From: Chiloscyllium plagiosum
Lineage: Eukaryota
Assembly (NCBI RefSeq): GCF_004010195.1
Contig: NC_057720.1
Span: 20,290,092 to 20,354,091 of the forward strand
Length of the DNA: 64,000 nt
Direction of reading: 5' to 3'
In this document: one piece after another, positions 12,991 through 24,608 of the stretch
Numbering within the stretch: position 1 is the stretch's first letter
Layout: the number at the start of each line of letters is the position of its first letter
Notes under the pieces: model-generated
What the model saw: the letters and a program-made list of their open reading frames with translations, nothing else
Databases searched by the model: none
What the model was told of the DNA's origin: nothing
Translations under genes and position numbers: made by a program

Positions 12991-13770
12991 GATGTTTGAG
13001 AAGATTTCTAGCTCAGGTTGATGATATGTATGCAAGTTAGCTCACTGAGCTGGAAAGTTTGTTTTCAGACATTTTGTCATCATGACAAGTTAACATCGTC
13101 AGTGAGAGTCTCTGTGAAGCACTGGCGGCATGTCCTGCCTCTCTATTTATAGGTCTTGGTTTTTTAAGGTGGATGAGGTCATTTATGGTTCTTTTATTCA
13201 AATTTTATTTAGATTGGGTCTAAATCAATGTGCTTATTGATGGAGTTCCAGTTAGAATGCCATGCCTCTAGGAATTCTCCTGCAAGCCTTTGCTTCACTT
13301 GTCCTAGGATGTGTGTGTTTCTCCCAGTCAAAGTGGTGTCCTTCTTTGTCTATATGTATGGAAACTTGTGATTGTGGGTCATGCCTTTTGGCGGCCAGTT
13401 GATGTTCATGTATCTTGGTAGCAAGTTTCCTGCTTGCTTGTCTGATGAAGTGTTTTTTAAAGTTCTTGCATGGTATTTTGTTACTGACATTAGTTTTGCT
13501 GGTTGCATCTATTGGATCCTTTAGGTTTTTTAGTTGCTGGTTAAGTGTGTTGATAGGTTTGTGGGCTACCATGATGCCCAGGGTCTGAGTAATCTGAAAG
13601 TCATTTCTGGTATGTCTTTGATGTACGGTAATGTGGCTATAGTTTTTGGTTGCATTGTGTCTGCTTGTTTGGGTTTGTTTCTGAGGAATCAGTGGATTGG
13701 GTTATTAGGTACCCATTTTTCTTGAAAACATTGTATAGGTATTTTTCTTCTGCTTTTTGTAGTTCTTGGG
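12991..13770 (-). mobile_element. Penelope-like element 3' part (GIY-YIG remnant plus pseudo-LTR)
   Basis: ORF 13252-13572 contains KIPCKNFKKHFIRQASRKLATKIHEH and HIDKEGHHFDW; degenerate CTGACGA core near 13100. Confidence 0.8.
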
Positions 13771-14002
13771 TGCTGCATCTGATGTAGCTCATTATGCTCT
13801 TCAACTTTTTTTAGGTTCAAAATGCATTCACCATTTATCAATTTTAGGGTGTGCAGTGCATAGCTCATAAAAACTAATAAAAGAGACCATTTGAACAGAC
13901 ACAATCCATTTGGCCCCTTCACAAGCCTGTTCCAAACTGGCCATGCTCCAGAGTGGGTTAATCAACATGGTAAGTTTCCAATCACTGCACTCCATTTGTA
14001 AC

Positions 14003-14109
14003 TGTGGTAATTGGAACCAGGTGGATCTCATTGATTACAAGATCCTTGATTGGGGCTATTAACCGAGACCAAACAGGAAACCCTGGCTGACCAATATAAC
14101 CAGGAGATT
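14003..14109 (+). mobile_element. Left (U3) half of a small LTR with CCAAT and TATA motifs
   Basis: Colinear with the reverse complement of the solo LTR 46802-47029 (GATTGGGGCT.TTAA, CCCTGGCTGAC); TATAA at 14095-14099. Confidence 0.8.
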
Positions 14110-14985
14110 AGTGTGAAAAAAAAGAAAAAAAAAGAAAAAGGAAAAAAAAGAAAAAAAAGAAAAAAAAATAACCCGGGGATACTACCGCACTTAGGTGGAA
14201 AAAAAAATAACCAGGAGATTAAAAATAAGCACTACCGCACTTAGGTGGTAGTGTGGGGGTTAAATTAAAAAAAAACAGGGGTTCACACCTGCACACACAT
14301 ACCATGGGTGCTAGGGGAAGAAAAAAGCACTACCGCAGTTAGGTGGTAGTGTGGGGGTTATATATATTAAAAAAAGCAGGAGATTTCCTTTCTTCCTGCT
14401 GTGGAAATTGAATAAAGATTTGTGCACCTTGTGTCTCACAACTGCACACACACAACATGGGTGCTGGAAAAAAAAAAGCACTACCGCAGTTAGGCGGTAG
14501 TATGGGGGTTAGCAGTTAAAAAAAACAGGAGTGTCACTGTTCAAGAAAAAAAATAACTAGGAGATTTCCTTTCTTCCTGGTGGTGGAAATTTAATAAACA
14601 TTCGCACATCCTGTGTCTCACACCTACACACACACAACATGGGTGCTGGGGAGAAAATAAGCGCTACCACAGTTAGGCGATAGTGGGGGGGAATTTAAAA
14701 AAAAATAAAAAAACAAACAGGGGTATCAGAGGTTCTCTTCACTCTGAGAGCTGGCTCTGAGGGAGCAGGATCAGAGAAAAAGAAGAAAAAAAAATTTCTT
14801 TCTTCCTGGTGGTGAAAATTTGAATAAAGATTTGTGCACCTTGCGTCTCACACCTGCACACACACACCATGGGTGCTAGGGGAAAATATAAGTACTACCG
14901 TGGTTAGGTGGTAGTGTGTGGTTTTATATTAAAAAAAAAACCAAGAAAGTCAGAGGTTTTGAGAAAAAAAGAGAAAAAAAAGAAA
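14110..14985 (+). repeat. Array of variably truncated A-tailed ~130-nt hairpin units interleaved with LTR fragments
   Basis: Six copies of the GCACTACCGC-agttag-GTGGTAGTGT motif (one incomplete); the A-tracts are nearly always followed by a CAGGAG-like restart. Confidence 0.9.
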
Positions 14986-17900
14986 CAGAAGGTCAGAGGT
15001 TCTGTTCACTCTGAGGGAGCTAAATCAGTGTTCAGGACTCTCCATTTTGTGGTAAGGAGGGGACTGACTGTGTGTACTGATGCTATTGGTTTCTGATTGT
15101 TTCTAGAGGAAACCTGATTCCTGAACTAGCTGAACCATATAGCCAGTTTGTTAACTGGTATTCCTTTTTATTGAGGACTGATTTTTAAACTGGCTGACTT
15201 AAACAATCAACGTGTTTCAGGTGTAACTCAGTTTTCATTAGGGAACTGTTGTTTCACTGCCTGGTTACAGCCTGTGTGTTACTCTTTTCTCTTTCATTTT
15301 GAGAAAAGGACAATGTTGATCTTGTGGCAGGGTTTAGTCCATGCACTCTTGTTTTTGTTTTGCATGTGTTTTCACTTTTTTGGTATTTGGACTGAGCTCC
15401 TGTGAGAAACTGCACCATTCCAGAGAAGCTGTTCCTGTGGGTAGGCCTGGCCCTTCGTGGGTGACTAGGCCTCTGTAAAGACTGAACATCTGTGTGTGTG
15501 CTTGGAGGTGAGTTATTGCTGCATCCTGGAATTGACTCTGTCTTCAGGACTGGACCAAACCCCTGTGAGTTAACTACACCTTCACAATGTACTGTGGGCC
15601 TGCTCCTTTGGACTGAACACCTGTGTGTGGGGTGTGCATTTGCTGCCTTCGGGTGTGAACTCTGTCTTTGTTCTGAAAACTGCATTGAGGATTTTGTGAA
15701 TTTTGTTACTGTATGTGGGTTTTGTAACTAATTGTGTTTGAGTATGGGCCAGAGTGGGCTAGTCTGTACGTGGGGTGGCTGGAAGCTGGAGGGATGATGA
15801 CCGGCCTGGGAGGAACTGGGTTGGGAAGGGGTCTGTTAGTACGCAAGGTGGCTGGGGCAGCTGACAGTGTGTCTGTAGGAAGGCTGGTCAGGGGAGGGGC
15901 AGCCAGTGGGCTGGCTGGGAGCTGGAGGGTTGATGTCTGGTTTGGGGGAAAATAGGCCAGGAGGGGCCTGTCGGTACACTGGGTGGCAGGCAACTGAGAG
16001 TGTACTTGCAGGAAAGCCAGAATAGGGTAGGCCGGTCAGTATGCAGGGAGGCTGAGCCAGGTGGCTGACAGCAGCCCATAGGAAGGCTGACCGGGGGAGG
16101 ACCATACAGTACACAGGGAGGCTGGGAGCTGGACAGTCGATGGCCAGTCCGTAGGAATGCTGGCCAGGAGAAAGGATCAGTTAGTATGCAGGGCGGCTGG
16201 GTGCTGGAACTCCGACTGTAGGAAAGCAGATCGGGGTTGGTTTGGTTAGTATCTGGGGTGACCAGGAGCCGGGGACCAATGACAGTGCTGGAGGAAATGG
16301 GGCTGGGGAGGGTCAGTCAGTATGCAGGGTGGCCAGAGAGTGGAAGGCCAACAACCAGCTCAGAGGAATGCGGTCCAGGGTAGTCTGGTCAGTACGCAGG
16401 GCGACTGGGAGCTGGGTGGTCAACCTCCAGCCTGGCAGGCCTGGTCAATACGCAGGGCGGCCAGAGACCAGAAGGCCGATGACTGTCCTGCAGGAAGGCT
16501 AGCCAATAAAAATAAGCACTACCGCACTTAGGTGGTAGTGTGGGGGTTAAATTTTAAAAAAAATCAGGGGTTCACAGCTACACATACATACCATGGGTGC
16601 TAGGGAAAAAAAATAAGCACTACCGCAGTTAGGTGGTAGTGTGGGGGTTATATATATAAAAAAAATAACCAGGAGATTTCCTTTCTTCCTGCTGTGGAAA
16701 TTGAATAAAGATTTGTGCACCTTGTGTCTCACACCTGCACACACACAACATGGGTGCTGGAAAAAAAAGCACTATCGCAGTTAGGTGGTAGTATGGGGGT
16801 TAGCAGTTAAAAAAAACAGGAGTGTCACTGTTCAAGAAAAAAATAACTAGGAGATTTCCTTTCTTCCTGGTGGTGGAAATTGAATAAAGATTCGTACACC
16901 CTGTGTCTCACACCTACACACACACAACATGGGTGCTGGGGAGGAAATAAGCGCTACCACAGTTAGGCAATAGCGGGGGGGATTTAAAAAAAAATTTAAA
17001 AAAGAACAGGGGTATCAGAGGTTCTCTTTACTCTGAGAGCTGGCTCTGAGGGAGCAGGATCAGAGAAAAAGAAGAAAAAAAACCCAGGAGATTTTCTTTC
17101 TTCCTGGTGGTGAAAATTTGAATAAAGATTTGTGCACCTTGTGTCTCACACCTGCACACACACATCATGGGTGCTAGGGGAAAATATAAGCACTACCATG
17201 GTTAGGTGGTAGTGTGGGGGTTTATATTTAAAAAAAAAACAAGAATGTCAGAGGTTTTGAGAAAAAAAGAGAAAAAACAGAAACAGGAAGGTCAGAGGTT
17301 CTGTTCACTCTGAGGGAGCTAAATCAGTGTTCAGGACTCTCCATTTTGTGGTAAGGAGGGGACTGACTGTGTGTACTGATGCTATTGGTTTCTGTTTGTT
17401 TCTAGAGGAAACCTGATTCCTGAACTAGCTGAACCATATAGCCAGTTTGTTAACTGGTATTCCTTTTTATTGAGGACTGATTTTTAAACTGGCTGACTTA
17501 AACAATCAACGTGTTTCAGGTGTAACTCAGTTTTCATTAGGGAACTGTTGTTTCACTGCCTGGTTACAGCCTGTGTGTTACTCTTTTCTCTTTCATTTTG
17601 AGAAAAGGACAATGTTGATCTTGTGGCAGGGTTTAGTCCATGCACTCTGTTTTTGTTTTGGTTTTTTTTGCATGTGTTTTCACTTTATTGGTGTTTGGAC
17701 TGAGCCCCTGTGAGAAACTGCACCATTCCAGAGAAGCTGTTCCTGTGGGTAGGCCTGGCCCTTCGTGGGTGACTAGGCCTCTGTAAAGACTGAACATCTG
17801 TGTGTGTGCTTGGAGGTGAGTTATTGCTGCATCCTGGAGTTGACTCTGTCTTCAGGACTGGACCAAACCCCTGTGAGTTAACTACACCTTCACAATGTAC

Positions 17901-18842
17901 TGTGTTCCTGTGAGTGGGCCTGCTCCTTTGGACTGAACACCTGTGTGTGGGGTGTGCATTTGCTACCTTCGGGTGTGAACTCTGTCTTTGTTCTGAAAAC
18001 TGCATTGAGGATTTCGTGAATTTTATTACTGTATGTGGGTTTTGTAACTAATTGTGTTTGAATATGGGCCAGAGTGGGCTAGTCTGTACGTGGGGTGGCT
18101 GGGAGCTGGAGGGATGATGACCAGCCTGGGAGGAAGTGGGTTGGGGAGGGGTCTGTTAAAATGCAAGGTGGCTGGGGCAGCTGACAGTGTGTCTATAGGA
18201 AGGCTGGTCAGGGGAGGGGCAGCCAGTGGGCTGGCTGGGAGCTGGAGGGTTGATGTCTGGTTTGGGGGAAAATAGGCCAGGAGGGGCCTGTCGGTACACT
18301 GGGTGGCAGGCAACTGAGAGTGTACTTGCAGGAAAGCCAGAATAGGGTAGGCCGGTCAGTATGCAGGGAGGCTGAGCCAGGCGGCTGACAGCAGCCCATA
18401 GGAAGGCTGACCGGGGGAGGACCATACAGTACACAGGGAGGCTGGGAGCTGGACAGTCGATGGCCAGTCCATAGGAATGCTGGCCAGGAGAAAGGATCAG
18501 TTAGTATGCAGGGCGGCTGGGTGCTGGAAGGCCAACACTCCGACTGTAGGAAAGCAGATCGGGGTTGGTTTGGTTAGTATCTGGGGTGACCAGGAACCGG
18601 GGACCAATGACAGTGCTGGAGGAAATGGGGCTGGGGAGGGTCAGTCAGTATGCAGGGTGGCCAGAGAGTGGAAGGCCAACAACCAGTTCAGAGGAAAGCG
18701 GTCCAGGGTAGTCTGGTCTACGCAGGGCGACTGGGAGCTGGGTGGTCAACCTCCAGTCTGGCAGGCCTGGGGAGGGTTGGTCAATACGCAGGGCAGCCAG
18801 AGACCAGAAGGCCGATGACTGTCCTGCAGGAAGGCTAGCCAA
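14220..18842 (+). repeat. Tandem duplication of about 2.3 kb (14220-16506 / 16507-18842)
   Basis: Both copies start TAAAAATAAGCACTACCGCACTTAGG and end GGAAGGCTAGCCAA; colinear with scattered substitutions and small indels. Confidence 0.95.
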
Positions 18843-19130
18843 GCATGGTCTGATCAGTATGTTGTGCGGACAGGTGTCTTTTTTATAGCTATACTGGGTC
18901 TGTGTTCTATGCACTGTTTCTGACTTGATTGCACTGTCTTGTCTGTGTTTGTTACTGTTCTCTTTGTGATGAATGGAAATGGGACTGGAGGCTTGTTCTC
19001 ATCTCCCTGAAAACTGGTTGAACGGGGGTTTGGCTTTACTGCCCTTTCCCCTGTATACAGAGGGGTTTTTGTGAACTGCTGCTTTCTGTTTATTGTTAAA
19101 TGTATTTTGTACTGTTTTAATTAAAAAAGA
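17344..19130 (+). mobile_element. Unclassified ~1.8-kb non-coding A-tailed insertion with G-rich internal repeats (3'-truncated copy at 15044-16506)
   Basis: Bounded by 62-nt LTR segments (17281-17342 / 19131-19192); ends ATTAAAAAAGA; no credible ORF. Confidence 0.6.
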
Positions 19131-19249
19131 AAACAGCAGTGTCAGAGTTTCTGTTCACTCTGAGGGAGCTCGACCAGTGTCAAGGTCTCTCCCTGTGTAA
19201 ATAAAGGGGGACTGGGTGACATGATACCAGCCCCTGTTGAGTTATTTCA
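19131..19249 (+). mobile_element. Right half of the small LTR family (variant 1)
   Basis: GTAAATAAAGG...GTGAC..GATACCAGCC...GTTATTTCA matches the end of the solo LTR. Confidence 0.85.
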
Positions 19250-20003
19250 ACACCGGACAGATTCCTGTACTGAACAAGAACTACTCTTTATTACAAATAA
19301 ATAATGACCAAATAAACAAAACTATGAACAATCAAGAAATAAATAGTAGCTAAACTCTAGCCTCCCACACACATACAGATAGGCACAGACAAACAAAAAA
19401 ATAATGATGATGGAGAAAAAAAAATACACTGATGGGGATACAGATTAATAGCACCAGTCTCCTTTTACTTCCCAAGTCTTTCTGTTTTCCAATCTCCTTT
19501 TGAACTTCATTCAATTGTTTCCAGGAGACATTGGATAATTGGCACTCTAATTATAAAGCCTCTTAGTTACTGGTTAAAGACATCAGCTGGCAGCAACTGG
19601 TGGAAGAAAATAGCTGGTTTCCTTCAGACGTCAGTTAGTTTTACTGCATAGAGGCAGAGACAGAACTTACTCCTTCAGCAGTCCAGATGTTTCTCCCTCT
19701 CCATCATAAACATTCTGGCTGTTCATCTGCCCAGGTGCTAATTAGAGAATTGTTGTCATGGTGATAATTTCTGGAAACTACAACTGGGTCACAATTGCAC
19801 AAATCAATCAGCAATCTGTTGCCGGGTGTATCTCACCCTGTGCCTACCTCCCCGGTGTTGTGATGTCTTATATCTCAGTTGGCAATGCTTCCAAAGCAGC
19901 TGTGTGAGCACAACTCACAATAAGTTCTAGTAACTTGTTTTCCAAAGTGCAACAATTCCTTCTTTTGGTTATTATAATAGTCCTTATTCCATGTTAGCCC
20001 ACA
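19250..20003 (-). mobile_element. LTR-like segment in opposite orientation
   Basis: Minus strand starts TGTGGG and has AATAAA near the far end; layout resembles 53717-54353. Confidence 0.35.
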
Positions 20004-20011
20004 AAAAAAAA

Positions 20012-20410
20012 CCCAGGAGATTTCCTTTCTTCCTGGTGGTGAAAATTTGAATAAAGATTTGTGCACCTTGTGTCTTTCACTATGTCTCACACCTGCACAC
20101 ACACAACATGGGTGCTGGGGAAAAATAAGCACTACCGCATTAGGCGATAGTGTGGGGGTTAAAAAAAAGAAAAAAATTGAGAAAAGAAATAAACAAAAAT
20201 GTCAGGGGTCTGTTCGCTCTGAGGGAGCTGGACCAGTGTTCAAAAAAGAAAAAAAAAACCAGGAGATTAAAGATTTGTGCACCTTGTGTCTCTCACTGTG
20301 TCTCACACCTGCACACACACAATATGGGTGCTGGGGGAAAAAAAAGCGCTACCACACTTAGGCGATAGTGTGGGGCTAGAAAGGAAAAAAAAACTTTTAA
20401 AAAATTTTAA
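20012..20410 (+). repeat. Two further A-tailed hairpin units with an LTR fragment between them
   Basis: Same unit as 14377-14525; both start CCAGGAGATT. Confidence 0.9.
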
Positions 20411-20540
20411 AAACAGGAGATGTAGAATCTCTTCAGTTCAGGGAACTGGCTCCGAGGTGGTTGGCCACAGCCAGTGTACTGGCCCGAGTAAATAAAGGTT
20501 GACTTGGTGACAGGCTACTGGCCTCTGTGCAGTTATTTCA
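20411..20540 (+). mobile_element. Right half of the small LTR (variant 2, probable partner of 14003-14109)
   Basis: Starts AAACAGGAGAT like the left-half junction; GTAAATAAAGG; ends GTTATTTCA. Confidence 0.8.
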
Positions 20541-21369
20541 GTGATCCTCTGAAAAGATTCCTAAAATTAAGCTTTCCTTTTAGGATAACGGTTCTAATCT
20601 GGCTCTATGTAACCTTCAAACCATTTTAAAGCTTTTTAATATTTTGAACTGCTTTTACTAAGAAACTGACTACAGTAAATTAATGAAACTAGTAAATGTT
20701 TCTACATTGCTTGAATGTCATTTTTTTGGCAACGAATGTATAGTGGTATAATGTTTATTTGATGGGAACATAATCTGGAAGTCCAGACAAATGACTCAGA
20801 GGAGTGACTTTAAATTCTATTGCAGCAGCTTAATTTTAGTGGAACTTAAATTTTAGTTCATAAGTAAGTCTGGAATGAAAAGTAATGCTGGCTACATAAC
20901 TACCAGATTGTTGTTCGAACCCCATTTGGTTTGTTAATGTTCTTTGAGAAGGAAAGCCACCATCCTTATCTGTTTCTGCCCAGTGAGGAGCAGATCAGTA
21001 ACATCATTGCTAGGTTGCTGCAGGGTCGTACAACCCTGATATTACTGAGGCAATTCCGAATCTTCTGTCCACTAGCACTAATTCCTCCACTGGTGTTAAG
21101 TATGCTAACATTATTGGTTTTGATCATGTAATGTTTAAGTATTTGCTTTTTTTTATGTCAGGAAACCAGGAAGAAGTATGAAAACACTGTCTGTAATATG
21201 TAGTTGCTGAGCACGCTTTGGGGAGTAAGATGACATGTAACTCTTCACTGAATTCCAACCTCTGACATGTCCTTGGAACTCTATACAGTGTAACTCCCAG
21301 GATATTGATAATGGGGGAATTCAGCGATGGCAATGCCATAGAGGTTGCATCCTCTATTAGAAGTCACAG

Positions 21370-23318
21370 GACACCAGAATCTAGTCCAACAGGTTTATGT
21401 GAAATCACAAGCTTTTAGAGTGCTACTCCTTCATCAGGTGAAGTCACCTCAACTCAACAGTCTGATCAAGACTTTTGATCCAGACCTTCAGAGCATCCTA
21501 TGCACTCTCATCCCGCTTCCGTCTCCTGTAGGAGAATTCACCTGCTTTCCGAAGATACACAAAGCCAACAATTCTAGACCAGGCAATTGTATCAGGCAAT
21601 AGGATCCAGTGTGAGAACATCTCTGGCTTTGTCGAGAGCATCTCAAACCCCATTATACAAGCTTCTGTCCCCAGCTTCTGTCATGACACTACAGACTTCT
21701 TACAGAAACTCAGCACCCCTGGACCAGTCAAACCAGGAAGATTCCTCTTCACAATGGGTGTTTCAGCACTCTACACCAGCATCACTGTAACAGCCTCAGT
21801 ACTCTATACCAACAACTGTCAATTCCCAGATGCCATCCTATACTTATCCACTTCATCTTCAACTACAATGTCTTTGCCTTCGACAAGACGCATCCAGACA
21901 CATGGAACAACCAACAGCCAGACACACTGCACCCGACGATACCAACATTTTCAGGCAGATGTTCTGTACACTAAATACACTGACATTTTCTTCCTTTGAG
22001 CACATGGTGAGGAGTCACTAAAACGACTACATAGCAATATCAAAAAGTTTCATCAGACTTGCCATAGACTGCTCTTCAGAATCGGTCTCATTCTTGGACA
22101 CACGCAATTCCATCAAGGACAGACATCTCTCTCTACCTCAAGCCCATGGATAACTTCATGCTGCAGCATTTCTCTAGCTTCCACCCTAAACATATTAAAG
22201 AGGCCACCCCCTAATGACAAGACCTCTGCCTACACAGGATCTGCTCAGATCAGGAGGAATATGATGGACACCTCAAGGTTTTGAAGGGCACCCTCTTAAG
22301 AATGGGTTACAATGCTCAACTCAATGATCACCAATTCCAATATGCCACAGCTAGAAACCACAGTGACCTCCTCAGAAGACAGACACAGGGTACGACTGAT
22401 AGAGTACCCTTCATCATCCAGTGCTTCCCCAGAGTGGAGAAACTACACCACATTCTTCGCAAACTTCAACATGTCATCAATGATGATGAACGTCTTACCA
22501 ATATCATCCCCACACCTCCACTTCTCACCTTTAAACAACCACCAAACCTTAAGCAGACCATTGTTCACAGCAAACTACCCAACCTTCAGGATGACATCGA
22601 CCACAGCACCACGCAGCCCCGATATGTCTCCTGCAGGACATGTCACATCACTGACATGGATACTGCCATTACCATTGGAAAATCATCTACCAAATACACA
22701 GCAGGTACTGATGTGACTTGGCCAATATTGTTTGTCTCATACACTGCAGGCAAGGATGCACCAAGGCATGGTATATTACCAAAACCAAGCAGGCACTACA
22801 ACAATGGATGAATGGACGCTGCGCAGCTATTACCCAGATAGGAGTGCCCCTTCTCAGTCAGGGAACACTTCAGCTGTCAAGGACATTCAATCTTGGATCT
22901 TCAGGTAAGCCTCCTCCAGGCTGACTTCAAAATGTGCAATGACACAGAATTGCCAAGCAGAAACTGATTGCCAAGTTCCGTACCCATGACGATGGCTGCA
23001 ACCGTGATCTTGGGTTCATGTCGGGCTACATGTGACCCCACCATACTGCTCTGTATCTGTAAAGTCAACCTTACTGTCCTGCTTTAACACCATCACCTTC
23101 ATAACTGGTTATGATTTCTCTGATACCATTTTACTTGCATGACACTGTAATCTTTTTCTATAAATTCTGTGTCTTATGTTCTTATACTCCACAACCACCT
23201 GATGATGGAGCGGCGCTCTGAAACCTAGTGCTTCGAAATAAACCTTTTGGACTATAACCTGGAGTTGTGCGATTTTTAACTTTGTCCACCCTAGTCCAAC
23301 ACTGACTCCTCCACATCG
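21370..23318 (+). mobile_element. Penelope-like element, degraded RT and GIY-YIG, with pseudo-LTR
   Basis: Remnants ALYTSI, PLLTFKQPPNLKQTIVHSKLP and NIVCLIHCRQGCTKAWYI; inverted pLTR piece at 21372-21440; hammerhead-like CTGATGA...GAAACCTA at about 23199. Confidence 0.88.
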
Positions 23319-23599
23319 TGGGTACCTTAATTAGTTTGTACAGCTTTGAATTACTTGTTACTTTGACTTGACCCTTGGCATGCAAATCTTATACCTATCA
23401 TGTTATTTCAAACATTTAGTTTACCTGCAGCACCACATTATTTTAAATTTTTTGTCATTATCTCTCTGCCTCATTTAATCAGATTATAGGTCATCCCTTT
23501 GCCTGTTATTCATCTGTTGTAACTTTACTCACCATCCATTGCTCTTGATCATCTTAAGCAGAGACTTATTATCAGACACTCCTGCACACCAGTTGTATG

Positions 23600-23780
23600 C
23601 CTTTTGATCTCTCTGCCTATAAACTCTGTGTCTTAGTGCTTATCTCACTCACTGCCCCGGACGAAGAGACAGCGCTCTGAAAACTTGTGGTTTCAAATAA
23701 ACCTGTTGGACTCTAACCTGGTTTCGTGTGACTTCTGACTTTGTCCAACCCAGTCCAACACCGGCACCTCCACATCACAT
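23600..23780 (+). mobile_element. Second Penelope pseudo-LTR copy
   Basis: Direct repeat of 23160-23318 (AAATAAACC.GTTGGACT.TAACCTGG). Confidence 0.75.
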
Positions 23781-24608
23781 TTCTGATGGTCAAGAATTTA
23801 ATGATGGCTCAGATATTAGCCCAGTTGGATTTGTCCTGCATTTTTTTGGACAGGGCAACTTGCCACTCATATCATGCTGTGTCAACAAGTTCCCAGACAT
23901 TCCAGGTCATTGCGAAATACATAATGACGCACAAAAAAATAAGCTCACTATAAATTGTTCAATACACGCCTGTTGAGTTGAGACACCTATGCTCTGTAAT
24001 AAAGCAGAAACTGAATTCAGCAAGTAAGTTAAACAAAAGCAAAGTAGTCTGAGTATTAAATCAGAGGGATCGTCTGCTTCTCAGTTACACAATTTGTACA
24101 CAAAGAGGTGAAGGTTAAATATTTCAAGCCATTGCCATTGATAACTTCATGTTTTTGGAGAATGTTCTTAGCAAAAAAAAACAAAACACACACACTCTTG
24201 TTTCCCAGTTCTGTTAGAAGAGTGCAGTCTTTTAACATGTTCATTAGTAATCAATAGGTCCATCAGGTCTGGAACCTGAAGACCAGGCAGAAGGTGTTTC
24301 TTGAAGTAAGGCTTTTAATGAGTCTGTAATAATTCAGGAAGCCTGACTGGAAAGGAGCATCGTTTATTGTTAAACACCAAAGTAGAGCCACTTCTCATGG
24401 TGTACATTGGCTAGTCTCAGCCCAGGACAAAGCCTTCTGCAGATCCATCCCTGGGACTCGAACTTGCGTCTTCTACCCCAGGGGTAGGAACACACCACTG
24501 CAACACAACACCACAGTTTGTGTCTGCTTTATTTATATTTTCCAATCAACCTGTTCAGAGATGTTATTACACACCTGTGGAGCAGGTGGGACTTCAACCT
24601 GAGCCTCT

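Noticed and set aside
14050..14244. Lys-rich ORFs (also 14908-15096 and 20047-20495)
   Set aside because: They are translations of A-tracts.
14180..14940. CRISPR-like reading of the recurring palindromic repeat
   Set aside because: Intervening sequences are homologous to each other and A-tailed rather than unique spacers; the context is eukaryotic and there are no cas genes.
15254..18914. Pro/Gly-rich ORFs on both strands
   Set aside because: They arise from G-rich repeats; indels between the duplicate copies alter or truncate several frames, and no domain is recognisable.
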